From contig MCFE01000271.1 of the NCBI GenBank assembly GCA_002104905.1, forward strand, positions 42,169 to 106,168: DNA of 64,000 nucleotides. Direction: 5' to 3'. The stretch is from Basidiobolus meristosporus CBS 931.73 (Eukaryota > Fungi > Basidiobolomycota). The stretch's first letter is position 1; each line of letters opens with the position of its first letter. Both the position numbers and the translations under genes were made by a program. The notes beneath the pieces were generated by a model. It searched no databases, had not been told where the DNA came from, and worked only from the letters and a program-made list of their open reading frames with translations. This document shows, piece by piece, positions 1 through 13,079 of the stretch.

Positions 1-1935
1 ATTGCTCTTTGCTGCAATAGCCCAGTAATACATCATGCATATACAGTCATTGCTAGTAGAAGTATGATTCAAATATGATTTATGTGTATCCCGGATGGCG
101 GGATACATGTATCACATAGCTCTACTTAGGTTTGATTTAGATTGATTCATATTGTATATGGCTTACCACATATTGTGGAGAACCGTGGATCCTGAGTTGA
201 TCAGAAATCCATTCAGGGTCCATACCGCTCTAGGTAACAAACCGCGGAACAAGCCGTACTTGATAGTTTAACCATCTATACCTAGATTTGTTGTGGGCAT
301 ATGCCTATATGGGCCTTCACACCTCCACAAAAAGGCAGGGTTGTGATCAGGATGAGCGTGACCCATGACAAAACAATCATACAATATACATCCCGTTGTG
401 TGGTATTTCCATTCAAATGCACCCTCGACGGCCACAGCCCTTTAGTAGCAAAATTTTCTTTTGGCATGACTAATACATGCTTCGAATGAGTGCTGGTGAT
501 CCCGGGTTTGCCAAATTCTGTGTAGCTAATGTGGAGAATAAACCTTGATTTTCAATGGGAATTCATCTAAGGCTCATACGAGCCCAGCTATTCTTTCTGA
601 TGGGCTTAAAATGGCATTCAAGATGTGATTATCTTTCCATAATTGTTGGCTCACCGGGGCATTGCCATCTCTTACGTCCAATAATCTTGGAGGTTGTCGC
701 CAGATATGAGCCATCTCACCATACTCGGCCTCCACGGTGTTAGTGTGTGGTCAACGAATCGGAATTTTCAGCAGTGGAGACGACTACAACGATTGCCTAT
801 TCAGATAAATGTGCCTTAACCACATCGTATGGTACCAATCTACTTACGACCCATGATAACAAGGGCATTTACTCCACATAATAGTGGTGTCATTGTTTAC
901 AGTGAAGAATTCGTGTTCGAAACGTTCTGCGATAATGTGCTACAGTCCAAACTGCCTATCAAGCACCATTATTCTTCTGGACTACAGAATCATGGGAAAA
1001 TACCATACTTAGACTGTGAACCCTGGCCCTCGATATTCCAACAGATGTGGCACAAAATATATGGAATTCACATGAGTCGGTGTGGTTCGAATCATAAAAT
1101 GGCCGTTCAAATCTCGTCGCCGCAACCGCTAGTTCGATTTGTACAGTACACCATTGAGTAAACAAACATTGCCTAATTTTAAGGGCTTCGATAATAAAAA
1201 TGTGATGTAAGACCTGTATCAATATTGATGTAAATATTATACTTCTTGTGCACCAGAATGGCCAATGGGGAAAGGCCCCCGCGGAACGTTTATCAAAAGA
1301 AGCAATCGTTGAATCGGCTACAGGTGCCGTTTACAGTGGATTTGGAAAATGGCGGGTAATCCTTTCATGAACTCTGAAATGTACCCGTATGGCTAAATCC
1401 TTGAACTGATCAGAAGATTGCTGGTGTTCCCACTTGCTTAGTATGGAAATTTTCGAAATTCGTGCAGGGTACACATGATATTTGGCTGCTGATTCATGCA
1501 GGGATTATTACCGAGATCTGAGTATTCCGTTGCCTTCACACCGGTACTATTGGTACGGTAAACCCTCAGAAGGTAAAAAATATATTCCAACGCATGGGAA
1601 ATGGATAGTTCAATCCCATCGATGTTTCAGTGCTTATTATGCAATAGTGTGAACATTTCATGGTTAGATCCATCTTAAGATTGTGCGTGGTACCCTCTAA
1701 GATGATGTTCGTTCGAAGTAACATCCATAAACTAATTTTGGTGCCCAGAATTGTTCAGTACTACCCACCATTCTGATGTTGGCCTGCGAGTATTGGTAAT
1801 CTGCGAGCTGTTTATTGTAATGCAGCTTCATTCCAAATAATATTATGCATACCAAGTTTTAGATTCGCTTAAGGATAAACAAAAGTGTCTCGGTGAAGTT
1901 ATACAAGGAAATAAAGTGACGCAGTCATGAGTAGT

Positions 1936-2370
1936 CTAATCTCTAAAGCGGAGCCGTTCCTCATCTGTCATATTTTGCCATAGAGTCGCTATCATGCGAG
2001 ATGCTTCCTCTCCATATATTTTACATTTCGATAGCTCCTCAGTTTTGAGGATGACATACTTCGAGTATGCATCATGCCATAATGTAGTATCCTGTACAAT
2101 TCGGTTGTCTCCAAGGTCATATATACGTTTCTTGGTATTACGCGGATTCAGTACAATTGGTGAATCCACATCTGTAGGGAGAAACGCCTGAACATGCTTG
2201 CTGTTTTGGTGTAATGATCGAGAAAAACTGTCATCTTGCACCAGAAGCACCCGGTATCCCCTTGGAATCAGGTAGTACGAGCCTACGTTAGTGCGTGGAA
2301 TCTGATCAACAGGGAGGCTGGAGATATGAAAAGCGGCTAAACGCCTATTTTTGTGGTTCTTATTGATCAT
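1936..2370 (-). CDS. Possible HMG-box protein, C-terminal box apparently truncated (may be a pseudogene or have a missed exon)
   Basis: ORF ends DAYSKYVILKTEELSKCKIYGEEASRMIATLWQNMTDEERLRFRD*, matching the HMG-box pattern (aromatic helix 1, E.S..I...W..M..EE+..F). Most of helix 3 is missing before the TAG. Confidence 0.45.
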   Translation of the reverse strand: MINKNHKNRRLAAFHISSLPVDQIPRTNVGSYYLIPRGYRVLLVQDDSFSRSLHQNSKHVQAFLPTDVDSPIVLNPRNTKKRIYDLGDNRIVQDTTLWHDAYSKYVILKTEELSKCKIYGEEASRMIATLWQNMTDEERLRFRD

Positions 2371-4479
2371 TATTCTCACAAGTTAGAGTTCATAAAAGAA
2401 ATAGAGACAAGTTTAGATCAACATCAGTCTAGATGTGAGAGGGTGGTGGTGCTGTCGTGCCTTGATGATATTCTGATACTTTTATATATTTAGCGGCGGG
2501 CTACAGCAATTGTTATTTTATAAATGGTTGTTCCTTGGTCGAAATGAGAAACACTGTAGCTTCCTTGGCATACTATGAACAGTGGTATCTTCAATTTAGG
2601 ACGTTCACCAATGGTTATGACTTTTCTAATTTGCAGTTCACGTTGTTGGGAAAGCATGCTTTTTATTAGCTTGGCCTTAATGCATTGATGTATCCAACTC
2701 GGTAATTGGATATAAACAGGGTTCTGACCTTGGAAATGAATTTATCTTGGCTGTTTAGAGGAAGGTAGTAGCTAATAGGAGCCTCAGCGAGTGACTGGTC
2801 CAATGAGAGAGGGAGCCATGTTGCCTGCAAAATTTCTGTGTGGCTTGGAGGTATAGTGGCTATACAGCCCTCTAAAAAATTTCTATAGGGCGAACCATCG
2901 TAGCCATGGATATTGTCCTATAGAGCAATCCGGTCGCTAAAACAATGGTTTAGTAATACAGCCATGTATATAATCTGATGCTGGCTTAGGATACGCGTAT
3001 AAATTTAGTTACGTATAATGTTTGGAATTCGTTCAAGACCTCCGAACAACATATGTAGTGTGAACTACAGCTATTGGAGTTCGGGATAAGCATTTTAATT
3101 GGGGAAATGCATCATCTAATCTGATGAATCATCCTTTGTTTCTGAGTAGTCCCGCTTGTGAGAAGCATCGATGAATCCCAGCCAAAGCTTGGATGTATGT
3201 ACTTTGTGGCCCGAGTTACGGCTTAATCTAACGAAGACATGATAAATAGTATAATTTTTACTATCGTGAGCTTGTGTATTGTTAATGCTTGATCGTGCGG
3301 AATTGGCCTCAATCCTATTTGGTGTATACTTTGGCGTGCATGCGGTATTCTGCTTTGCATCGACTTGACTGTGGATATTCACCAGGACTATTTTTGGATA
3401 AAAACCCGCAATAAAGGTTGTTGTTGCTCCATCCTCGTTACTCACAAATCTCTTGATCCAAATCTACAATTTTCAGTTATAGAACACTACCAAGTACACA
3501 GAATGGGATGGGATCGGAAATAGTAGAAATCAACATAGATAATCAGAATTAGCACTCATATCCAGGTTATTTTGATATGAACGAAAATTGCGTAATACCA
3601 AGAACTCTTCTCCGACTTGGTTGGTTAACATTTTACATCCTGTACTTTGTTGACATGTTTCACTCACATATCGAAGCTAGTGTACATGCCGATGATATAA
3701 TACCTGTATGACTATTGTATCTTATAGCTTTGGTTCTACTATACTCACCGAATATTGATATGGCTGACCATTCTTAAAAACATGTGCATTATTAGGAGGA
3801 ATACTATAGCGAAGGCTGCAGAAGGAATATCTCTGCTCGGGTCATCATGGTATATGAAAGGAAAGGAATACATAGGTCAAATCCAAAAGTAAGAGATTCC
3901 GTAGGACTTCAATGGGATATTATATAAGAGAGGATAATCATGAATTTAGATATAAAAACGAATATCCAGATATCAGTAGTACCTTCGAGGCTCATGCGAA
4001 CCCCAATAGTAATCTATTATTACTGGTATTCTAACATTAGTACCTGAAACAGTTTCTGTGCTGAGCACGAATGTACAATCTTAGATCTTACCAGCAACCA
4101 GCCCTTCAGGTGATGTGAAGGTTAATATCGAGGCTTCGAGTACTACATACGTTGTTACACTGTTATCACCGTAGATGTATAGCAAATAATGCAACCAAGT
4201 AGCGAATCTAGGCTTGATCAGACTCGCTGTAACTCTATACTGTCAGAGAAGATGGTGAAGAATTACGCCGTGATGCGCTAGTCTGTCAATCAAGCCCAAC
4301 TATCCCGCGCGTATCATCTTTGATCAGGTTTGTGACCATGATTGCCATAAACAACATCTATTCATGAAAATGGTAACTATTGTTGGGGGCCTTTTTATGC
4401 TGGAATTACGTATACAGAATATGCTCATGCATATAAAGAAACTGAATCACCAACTGCGTTATTACAAAGTCATTCACTC

Positions 4480-5902
4480 ATGGAATTATTTGACTTGCAT
4501 CAGCAATTAGTCTCCATCAATTCAACAGTTGGTTCAGAGGCCCCAGCAGTTGACTATTTATATCAGTACTTAACAAAACTTGGTTGGACTGTTGAACGCC
4601 AGTATGTGGAAGATGGAGAAGGAGGCCCTAGAGAAAATATATTCGCACATTTGGGAAATAAGAACCCCAAGTTAATCCTAAACAGTCACCTAGATACAGG
4701 TAAGAGAGGTTTTTATCTGAAGAAGGCATCACGACTAATGTAACACTGTTGAGAAGTTCCACCATTCATTGATTATCAGAGAGAAGGCGACAAAATCCGG
4801 GGAAGAGGAACATGCGATGCTAAAGGCTCGGTAGCTGCTCAAATAGTAGCAGTTGAAGAATTGCGCAAGGAGTTAGGCGACCTAAGCATAGGGTAAGCCG
4901 ATCCTTTGAAACCGCTATCAAGCATTTTATGGTAAATATTGTCTTCTTAGACTTCTCTACGTAGTAGGTGAAGAGCGTGGTGGGACTGGGATGCTTAAAG
5001 CTAACGAGGTAATAACTTTATAATCTGCATTTTCGTGATGTTCTTGTGTAAACTATACAAAATAGTTGGGTCTCGAACCTGAGGCTATTATTATTGGAGA
5101 ACCTACGGAAAATAAGTTGGCTCTGGGTCACAAGGGAATTGTTGGATTTAAGATTACCAGCCAAGGTTTTTAGGTGTATATCATATATGTCGTTCTTAAA
5201 TGAATTAACAGAATCATTGCTGTTAGGGAAAGCCGCACATTCTGGCTATCCTGAACTTGGTCAATCAGCAACTGACCAATTGGTAGAGGCTTTATGGAAG
5301 TTGAAGAGTATTGTTAGTGTAGATATTGTTGAGAATTACGGATGACAGCATGAGGATTAACTTCGAATTTAGAAATTCCAGGAGGAAAATTCAAGGCTAG
5401 GCAAAACCACCATAAACATCGGAATTCTCGAAGGCGGGGTGGCGCAAAATGTAATCCCAGAGCATGCTAGTGCTACCATTTATATAAGAGTAGCAACTGA
5501 TGCTTCATACATCTGGCAAACCGTTCGCGATACAATTGGTGGAATTCAAGGAATCAGCTTGGAACTAAACACGAAAACTGATCCTGTTACCCTGGATGTG
5601 GTGGATGGCTTTGATGTAATGGTGGCCAAGTATAACACTGGTAGGTACAACACCCCAAAAGTTATTGCGGTTTATTCCTGATCTGTATGGTTAGATTTTT
5701 CGCGCTGGAGAGGTCCAGGAAAAAAGTATCTACTAGGTCCAGGTAAAACTCATAGTATGCGTATTCACCTTCGCTATTTCTAATTGGAGATTTAGGAACT
5801 ATACATGTTGCACATACTTCCGAAGAGTTTGTCAATGCTGCAGAGTTGAAGGAAGCTGTGGAGTTATACAAGAAGCTGATAAAGCATGTAATTGAACAGT
5901 AA
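4480..5902 (+). CDS. Peptidase M20 family metallohydrolase (acetylornithine deacetylase/ArgE-like), 8 exons
   Basis: Manual splicing over GT-AG introns of about 55-65 nt (first intron 4700-4756) gives the motifs SHLDTVPP, RGRGTCDAKGS, VGEERGG, IGEPT, KAAHSGYPELG, NIGILEGGVAQNVIP and GPGTIHVAHTSEE. Stop TAA is at 5900-5902. Confidence 0.93.
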
Positions 5903-6049
5903 TTTTGTTGAATATGAATGCTGTTACATCTAGTCAAGTTCCATAAATCCACTGCAAGTCTAATGCAGCATTAGATGGTGAAGCTGTACAGTGTTTTATG
6001 CATTTCGATGCCAAACCATCTAATTTTGTTCAGCAGGCCAATCCATGGT

Positions 6050-6424
6050 TTACTCAAAAACAATATGATCGTAGCTTTCCAATTGTATGATATCTCTGGA
6101 GTCAACGAAGACAAGTGTCAAATATGATGTACCAGGTTGTTCTCTTAGTGTATTATGCGATGGGGTATCTATTTCTAAATCTTCCAAGTGGGGAAAAGAA
6201 ATATAATCAGAGCTTTGGTTAAGTTTTGGGAATAGGACTGAGCGTCTGTCCTGCTGCTTTCGTTTCAAGCTTGCCTCGCTAATGGCAGAAGATTCCCGTG
6301 GGGCGCTAAATCGAGAGCCTCGTCTACTCGGCGGAATAGTTGCGTATTTACCGCTGAAAAGTCTCTTCAGCCCATTTAGAAGAAATCTGTCCTTTTTGTG
6401 TTTTTGAGAGGTTGTAATGTTCAT
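6050..6424 (-). CDS. Hypothetical small basic/Ser-rich protein
   Basis: ATG at 6424 opens a 124-aa ORF (MNITTSQKHKK...DYISFPHLED...). No family recognised. Confidence 0.4.
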   Translation of the reverse strand: MNITTSQKHKKDRFLLNGLKRLFSGKYATIPPSRRGSRFSAPRESSAISEASLKRKQQDRRSVLFPKLNQSSDYISFPHLEDLEIDTPSHNTLREQPGTSYLTLVFVDSRDIIQLESYDHIVFE

Positions 6425-7669
6425 AAAAGTCAAATTTTGACGTGAATCTTGTGGCTGCTGAATACAGATCGATATGGACAAAAGCAGTTTCTATATTTCG
6501 AAGTTAAGCATGCGGAAAAGAACGATGGCTGGGCTTTCTGACTGTTTCCATTCTAGGTCCACGGAGTCGGACTTTTATAGCAATTCTGCCTCAGATGAAA
6601 CAGTCCATTTTATCCATAGCATAGTGGGCCTGCCCACAGACCATAAATGCTATTGATCGAACCAATGATAGATGTTGGCTGAATATAAAGGATCATCAAT
6701 TGATCCCGTCGCCGTAGCAGCCAATAGAGGTGTTAAATCCCATCCTCAATAGCTGAACTGTTGCGACCACCAGGTGAATACAAAGTATCGCATGCTTTAT
6801 GACGCTGTTCATGTATCTGTTGTAAACAAATTTAGGAAAGCGCATTAAATAGATCTTGTTCCGATTGATGAGCAGCTGATCCGATCTGCAATGTGATAAA
6901 GGCCTAGGAGGCACTCAGTCCCAGGCTCTCGAAAATAAATGACAGCATCATTATAAGCAATAAGGCAGACTGTACAGATGTATTTTCTGATGCGAAATAA
7001 ACAGCCTACTTTCACGAGGAAAGGATACAATGTGTCACTGGTTAAACCACCTTAGACTCTCACGAGCTCCCCTGTCTATCGCTTCCGTTCCTTCGATTTT
7101 TCCAACAATCTATATTGACTCACATTCATAATCATGACCGATCCTCTCAGCTCGTTTCGCAATTGCCAATTGGAATTATCCTATATTTTACCTTGGAATA
7201 ACATCATCAATATTATGTCAAGGCGACTGAGGTGGCCTGGGCATCGGTAACGCCAAGGTGTTAACTTCCCATACACCTCCGTGAGAAAGTATAGTGACTT
7301 GATAGATGACAAACACTTCGCCACACATAGAAAAGCTTAGTAATCACAGTATAACAGCATGGCTGCTTGGAAGAAATCTTCCATTGGATTTATTTACAAA
7401 TGAAAATCAAGAAACGTCACTAAAACTCCAGCGATAGGATATATTGGGGTCTTCACCTTTGATGTTTGATATAATACAACAATGTTTGCCAAGATGTTGA
7501 CATTGTGACTTGGGCACATGATGGGGGTTTGCAATAAGTGAAGAGGGAATTAGTTCGAATATTGTACAAATATAAGGGTGATGGAGTATTGTAGCAATCC
7601 TTGTATAGTGACAGCAATTGGAAAGTGTAGAAGGTGAAGGAAAATTTGTAGGTATGCTATCGGAAGAAC

Positions 7670-8485
7670 TTAGAACCACGAAGGTGTTGAGGTATCGTCT
7701 ACCATTGAGGGAATACCAATAAAGCTGCTAGTATTGGACAACGGAGGAGAGAGATAATCCTGAGGGAGGTACACGTGGTTAACCGGATGCCGCTCATAGG
7801 GCTGATATGGTTGAGTAAGCAGTAATGAGTCACTACTTGATTTCTGTGCTAGGAACGATCTTCTGAGCCACTGTTGCTGATTTATACAATACATCTGTAC
7901 CGTCTGGAACCAATGCAAAAACGCACTGTTCGAGATGTGAAGCTCATACTTCAGCCCTGCTAAGAATTCTCGCTCCATGACCGCGATCTCACGTGTTGGC
8001 ATCCCGGTGATGGTTGACCAAGATTGACTTGTATATGTAATGTCTTCAAGGAATTTCGCTGCCAGCATCATCGAGACGATGAAGATCCGGTATTCTGAAC
8101 CTAACTCCCCTCTCATCGACCGATTCATTTTCCTCAACTTTTGTACATATTTCAGTGCCAAGATTACCGTTGCGGGGGACATACGGATATGGTTCAGCAC
8201 ATGGATGCAAAACATCCGGAAGGTATGATATGCTGGGAGCGAAAAGGGGTTAGGGTTGGTATACCAAACGAAGTAGATGACATTGGCAGCAACATCCCCA
8301 AGATACACGTTGTTATCGGGGATTAAGGTCTTCGGGATGCAGGAGAAGTCATGAGAGATGTTGTGCTGAGTACTAGGTGGGTAAGAGGAAGAATGCAGAC
8401 TCCAAGGGTGCTGTGTGGGGATTTGATCAACGGGTCTTGAAGGTTGAAAGAGTGATTGAACAAGGTAAAGCTGAGATAGGCTCAT
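7670..8485 (-). CDS. Pho85-type (PCL/Clg1-like) cyclin
   Basis: Cyclin box: VILALKYVQKL...EYRIFIVSMMLAAKFLEDITYTSQSWSTITGMPTREIAVMEREFLAGLKYEL. Intronless 271 aa. Confidence 0.88.
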   Translation of the reverse strand: MSLSQLYLVQSLFQPSRPVDQIPTQHPWSLHSSSYPPSTQHNISHDFSCIPKTLIPDNNVYLGDVAANVIYFVWYTNPNPFSLPAYHTFRMFCIHVLNHIRMSPATVILALKYVQKLRKMNRSMRGELGSEYRIFIVSMMLAAKFLEDITYTSQSWSTITGMPTREIAVMEREFLAGLKYELHISNSAFLHWFQTVQMYCINQQQWLRRSFLAQKSSSDSLLLTQPYQPYERHPVNHVYLPQDYLSPPLSNTSSFIGIPSMVDDTSTPSWF

Positions 8486-11400
8486 GGTAGCCTAATTTGT
8501 AGAGTATCAATCTTATTTAAGGATACTTTCAGGGGAGTGTATTACGAAGGCCTCCTCGAAGAAGTCCGAGAAATTATTATTGTGAAGAAATTGAGAACAT
8601 TGATGGCGACTGAGCTTCATAATCCTTATATACCAATGCGGCGTGAAAATATCATTGGCCGAAAACGCACTCCACTAACAAAGATTGTACGGCTTAACAA
8701 TCGAGTCTCAGCCAAGACAAACGGATGAGTATCTTGTATTGCAGGCGGTATCACCGTCCAAAATAAAAGGTGTAGAGATTCATTGCCAAATCCGTGCACT
8801 ACAGAACAATTCTAAATTAATGGGGATGTGGAAAAATATATGGGTTGGACCCAGCTAGAACGAACGAAAATAGATGCAATTTCGTGACCGCAGATGAGGC
8901 CCTTGGGCGAATCAATGGCCAATAATATAAGTTATACGCAAGATAAAGGGCAAACATTGCAGAAGCCAATAAACGCACAACCGTCCTACTCTTGAAATGT
9001 ATTAGCTGCTTGTTTCATAATGATTGCTCATTCATTTACTCCCCTAGCCACTTGAACTTCCAAATCCATTGAGACCGATGCAATACATATTAGCGGCATC
9101 CACGTAGAACATCGACTAATATTGAGGTCATAAAACGAGTCACTTTGCTGTGCCACCGCGAAAACTCGTTTATCATGATACACAAATGGAAACAAGTAAG
9201 TCATAGGATAACGTGGCAAATATTAGCTGCCAAACCGATTAGATTTCCGTACAATTGCAGGAAAGCGTACGAATGTTCCCACAGAGCACCAATGAGCAAG
9301 CTGGCTAGATCCATTTGGAAGAAATCCGAAGCATCTAGTCCGCATCCTCTGGACAGATTTGCAATGATGGGTGATTTCCCAGCCAAGATACAGGAAATCG
9401 AAGAGGCGGCCATTGTAGAACTATTGCAACCAGAGTATGCCTATCTACACCATCGTAGAAAAGAAGGGAGCCAATGAGTTGCCGCTGAGTTTCTCATGGC
9501 TTATCACCATCACCATGCTGCGCTACCTTGCGAGCATCCGTTGTTTCTCCGGAATATCCATCTACCATCCTTCATCAATTGGCGCCTTAATATCGGTAAC
9601 AAGCCCAGCAACCATCATCCACCGCATGACCTTGGTTTTTTACGGTTTATTACATATATAGAGTCGAGGCAAATAGAAAGACGTGAACACCGCAGAGCCT
9701 ATGGGCGCTGTCAACGATGCTCAATTGAAAAATGGTGATCCAAATGAATAGAATAGGCTAAACGTTTTATTCCTTGCCGGTTTAAGTGGCTCGGGGAAAC
9801 AGACTTTGTTTGCCAGATTGCTGAGATACAATCACGAGTAAGAGCAGATTCATGTGATTTCCACTTGTACTATCATTTACTCACCTTGGCAGGGCCACAG
9901 GATCCCGAACTGATCCAGAATGGTTAAAGCAAATATGAAGTTGGGTGGAGTGATTCGTCCTAAAATTGATATTTCCCCTACTTTGGGGGGGGGGGGTTTC
10001 GTCTGTACGCTACGATGGGACTTGTGTTTTACAATGACAAATTCGGAGTCAATGGATGAGGCGGTCACCAGCATGCATTTACAGGAGTTTCGTTGATGAG
10101 TGTTGACTAATTGTCGGCCCATGTCTCTGCTTCAAGGTGCAGCCAAGTTAAAGCTGGCATTTAGCTATGGCATGATTATCAACATTCCTTTTGAACGGTC
10201 TTTGGGTTTGAGCTAGTTAAAGAGCCATTGAGGCAAGCGCTCAGTTTAGTGCTGCTTCAACAGGTGCATTCAGGAAATCGAGGACTGTCACACACTCGGT
10301 TGTGGGCACATACGAATATCAAGCATTCTTGCTTGGTGCTATATTCCACCGCTCCTAACTGGATTGGTCGCCTATTCCCCAGCAAAGTGACCATCCAACA
10401 GCCTAGATTCGTATGTTTACAAAGGTCTGAGAGGTATGTTATTTGATATTCTCAGTTTCAAGCCGCCTTCTACAAATATTCACTGTAATGCATTTGGTAA
10501 GTCGAGCCACATCCGTAATGATAAGCTGGCTGATGATAGGGCCAAAACAATACCTTTTTGAGCGATTCTGCCGTTCCAAAGAGTTCAATCCAAATGATTA
10601 GCATTGTATATTCAGAGCTGATTCAGTGATATTCACTGGAGGTTTCCAGGGTTAAACAGGTATGGCTGAAAATCAGGAAAACTCGAGGTTTATGCAGATA
10701 TCATCTGGCTACCTCTGCGTATGCGTTCTTTGTGCTAGACTGATCAGCAACTTTGAGAGTCCTTTTCATGACTCGGTATCGTAGTACTGAGCACACAACA
10801 GATATTATAATAATTTTACCGGAATTCAAAAGAGTAAGGATTTACAAGGTTGCGGCCCAGTAATAAGCAAAGCTACCACCCTCTTGATACAGCATTGTTT
10901 TGTTGCGAATGTTTGTCCTCCAGCGCAAGGCTAATGGGGCGCAATATAGCTGAAGACGTTTCTGTTAGGCACTCAACAGCTGAGATACCAATTGAATGCA
11001 TCGCCATTGTGAGGCTGATCTGAAATTCACATGATAGCAGAGGTCATTCAAGTAGGTTATCAGCTATTGAAAACTTGGTTGAGTGATAGGTTTTATGTTA
11101 GCTTCGGTATTACAAGTCTTCACAACCAGTCGTTTTGCGGATCCCTGGCTTGACAGTCCATAGACTAATTAGCCAATTTGATGTCTGCTGGTTACGAGTG
11201 ACGCAATCAAGAGATTCAAAGAGCTAAGAATCTGGAACCAGCCGGTTTAATATTGGTTTTGCCTGTTGTTGCTTAATACTGTGGCTGGTTATGGTAGCAG
11301 TGCTTTTCTTACTAACAAGGGAAATGTCAGCAAGGCATGAAATTTCATTCTTTGATAACATGCTCAACAAAGATCCTAATATATAATTCTATTCCCGAGG

Positions 11401-13079
11401 GTCTATTTGTTTTTTTTCGGTATCTAGATAAGCTGTGATGTTGAGGAAGATTCATTGGGATGTAAAATATATGCACTACAACCGATAGACCCGTCTCTTC
11501 AGGTATGGAGAATAATTAATGGCGGCTTATATCTGCTTTCGGTTCCAAGATATCATTTTTCTGTTACGCCCAACATTTATTTTCAAAGTACAAAGTGCCG
11601 TTGCATCAAGAACTAAGCATGCTATTGATTGGTACTACTTCTGCAACATTTCCTACTCCCCCATCATCTAGAGCGTAAATGTATCTACTCTTGGACTAGA
11701 CACGAATTCCTAAACATTGTGAAATGAAGTTAAAGATGAGTTGAAAATTGGCTAACCAATAACCAATAGCTGAATGTTTTGCAAGAGTTAAGCCCGCGTG
11801 CCAAGTCAACTCTCCTATGAGATCTGAATTGTTACTAAGGATGATGCACTTTTCACGTTTATCATTAGCAAGCATTATTCTAGTTCAACATTAGCACAAG
11901 GGAGCATTCTCAATAGGTAATTTGTCATATCGTTGACTTTTAAGGTGCCCACATTAATATAGTCATTAACTGATGCCCCAATCTATTTGGACGGCTAATA
12001 AGCATTTGGATTTAGTCTACTGTTTATTATACGTAGTTTTCTCAGCAGTGGAGGATGGTTGAAATTACATGCCACGTATTTCGAATAGTTAAAATAATTA
12101 GAGATAAGAAAAAGTGACTGAGCATTCTTCCGCGAATTTCTAGAACAGCCATATCGCTGGCTTCACTATTGAGGGAGTTCTGGGAATATCGGAAGTTTCC
12201 TTGGAATATACACAGAGAGCACAACTCTCCTGACTATTCGCCAGGTATGTTTCATTCTACAGCTCCATAGACCTAGCTGTGCCATTCAGGTGATCACGAA
12301 CTTGGATTTGGTTGCTGGGCAATATTGGTACTATCGAAGTCCATTATTAGCCCTACATTGATGTACAAGCCTTAAAAAATATATCGGTAGCCTAGTATCA
12401 AGAATGACTCACAAAGTAGAATACTTTATTTTCGGTCATAGAACGAGTTCCAAACATACAAGTTTTTCAGCTCTTGAAGCATAACCAGCAGACTAGAAAA
12501 CCAATACAATTCAAGGTGCGTTGGAAATACTATGCCATTTTTGATATATGTGGGTGATGTTTATTGCTCTCTATATTGAATGAAAAGGTATATTTGCAAT
12601 TGATATACCATTAGGAGGTTAATAGTCGTATTACCTCACGGAAAACTTTGGATAGAGATGTACCAGTATTCAATCTTCCTGATATTACGGTAACACCTTC
12701 TTAGTTATGCATTTGAATCTTTGCCGATGTTTAGCTTCTGAATGAGTCCTCAAGGGTATCCGAAGTCACAAAATGTTCCACAATTGACACAGATTTCCAA
12801 AGCCTAATATACATATATTCATAATGAGTCAGCATTTAAATATATCGTTTTCTTAGAATTTGTTACATAGTTAAATACGATCTAACGTAAAAGAAGGAAA
12901 GGCTGAGCAAAACCCTAAATAGGAAAACCTAATTAGCCCACACAACATACCATGGCCATGCATATACCTACCTCTATTTCTATGAGTTGGCAGTTGGTTC
13001 GGATATAGATCCTGAGCTAGAAGGAAGAATATCATCCCATCACCGACGGACTCAACTATTTCCTCTGTCCATTATATTC

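Noticed and set aside
9145-9738. Two ORFs in the same frame separated by a single TGA (9475-9477); considered selenocysteine or readthrough
   Set aside because: There is no recognisable protein family, no redox motif around the TGA and no SECIS-like element that I can identify. Chance is sufficient.
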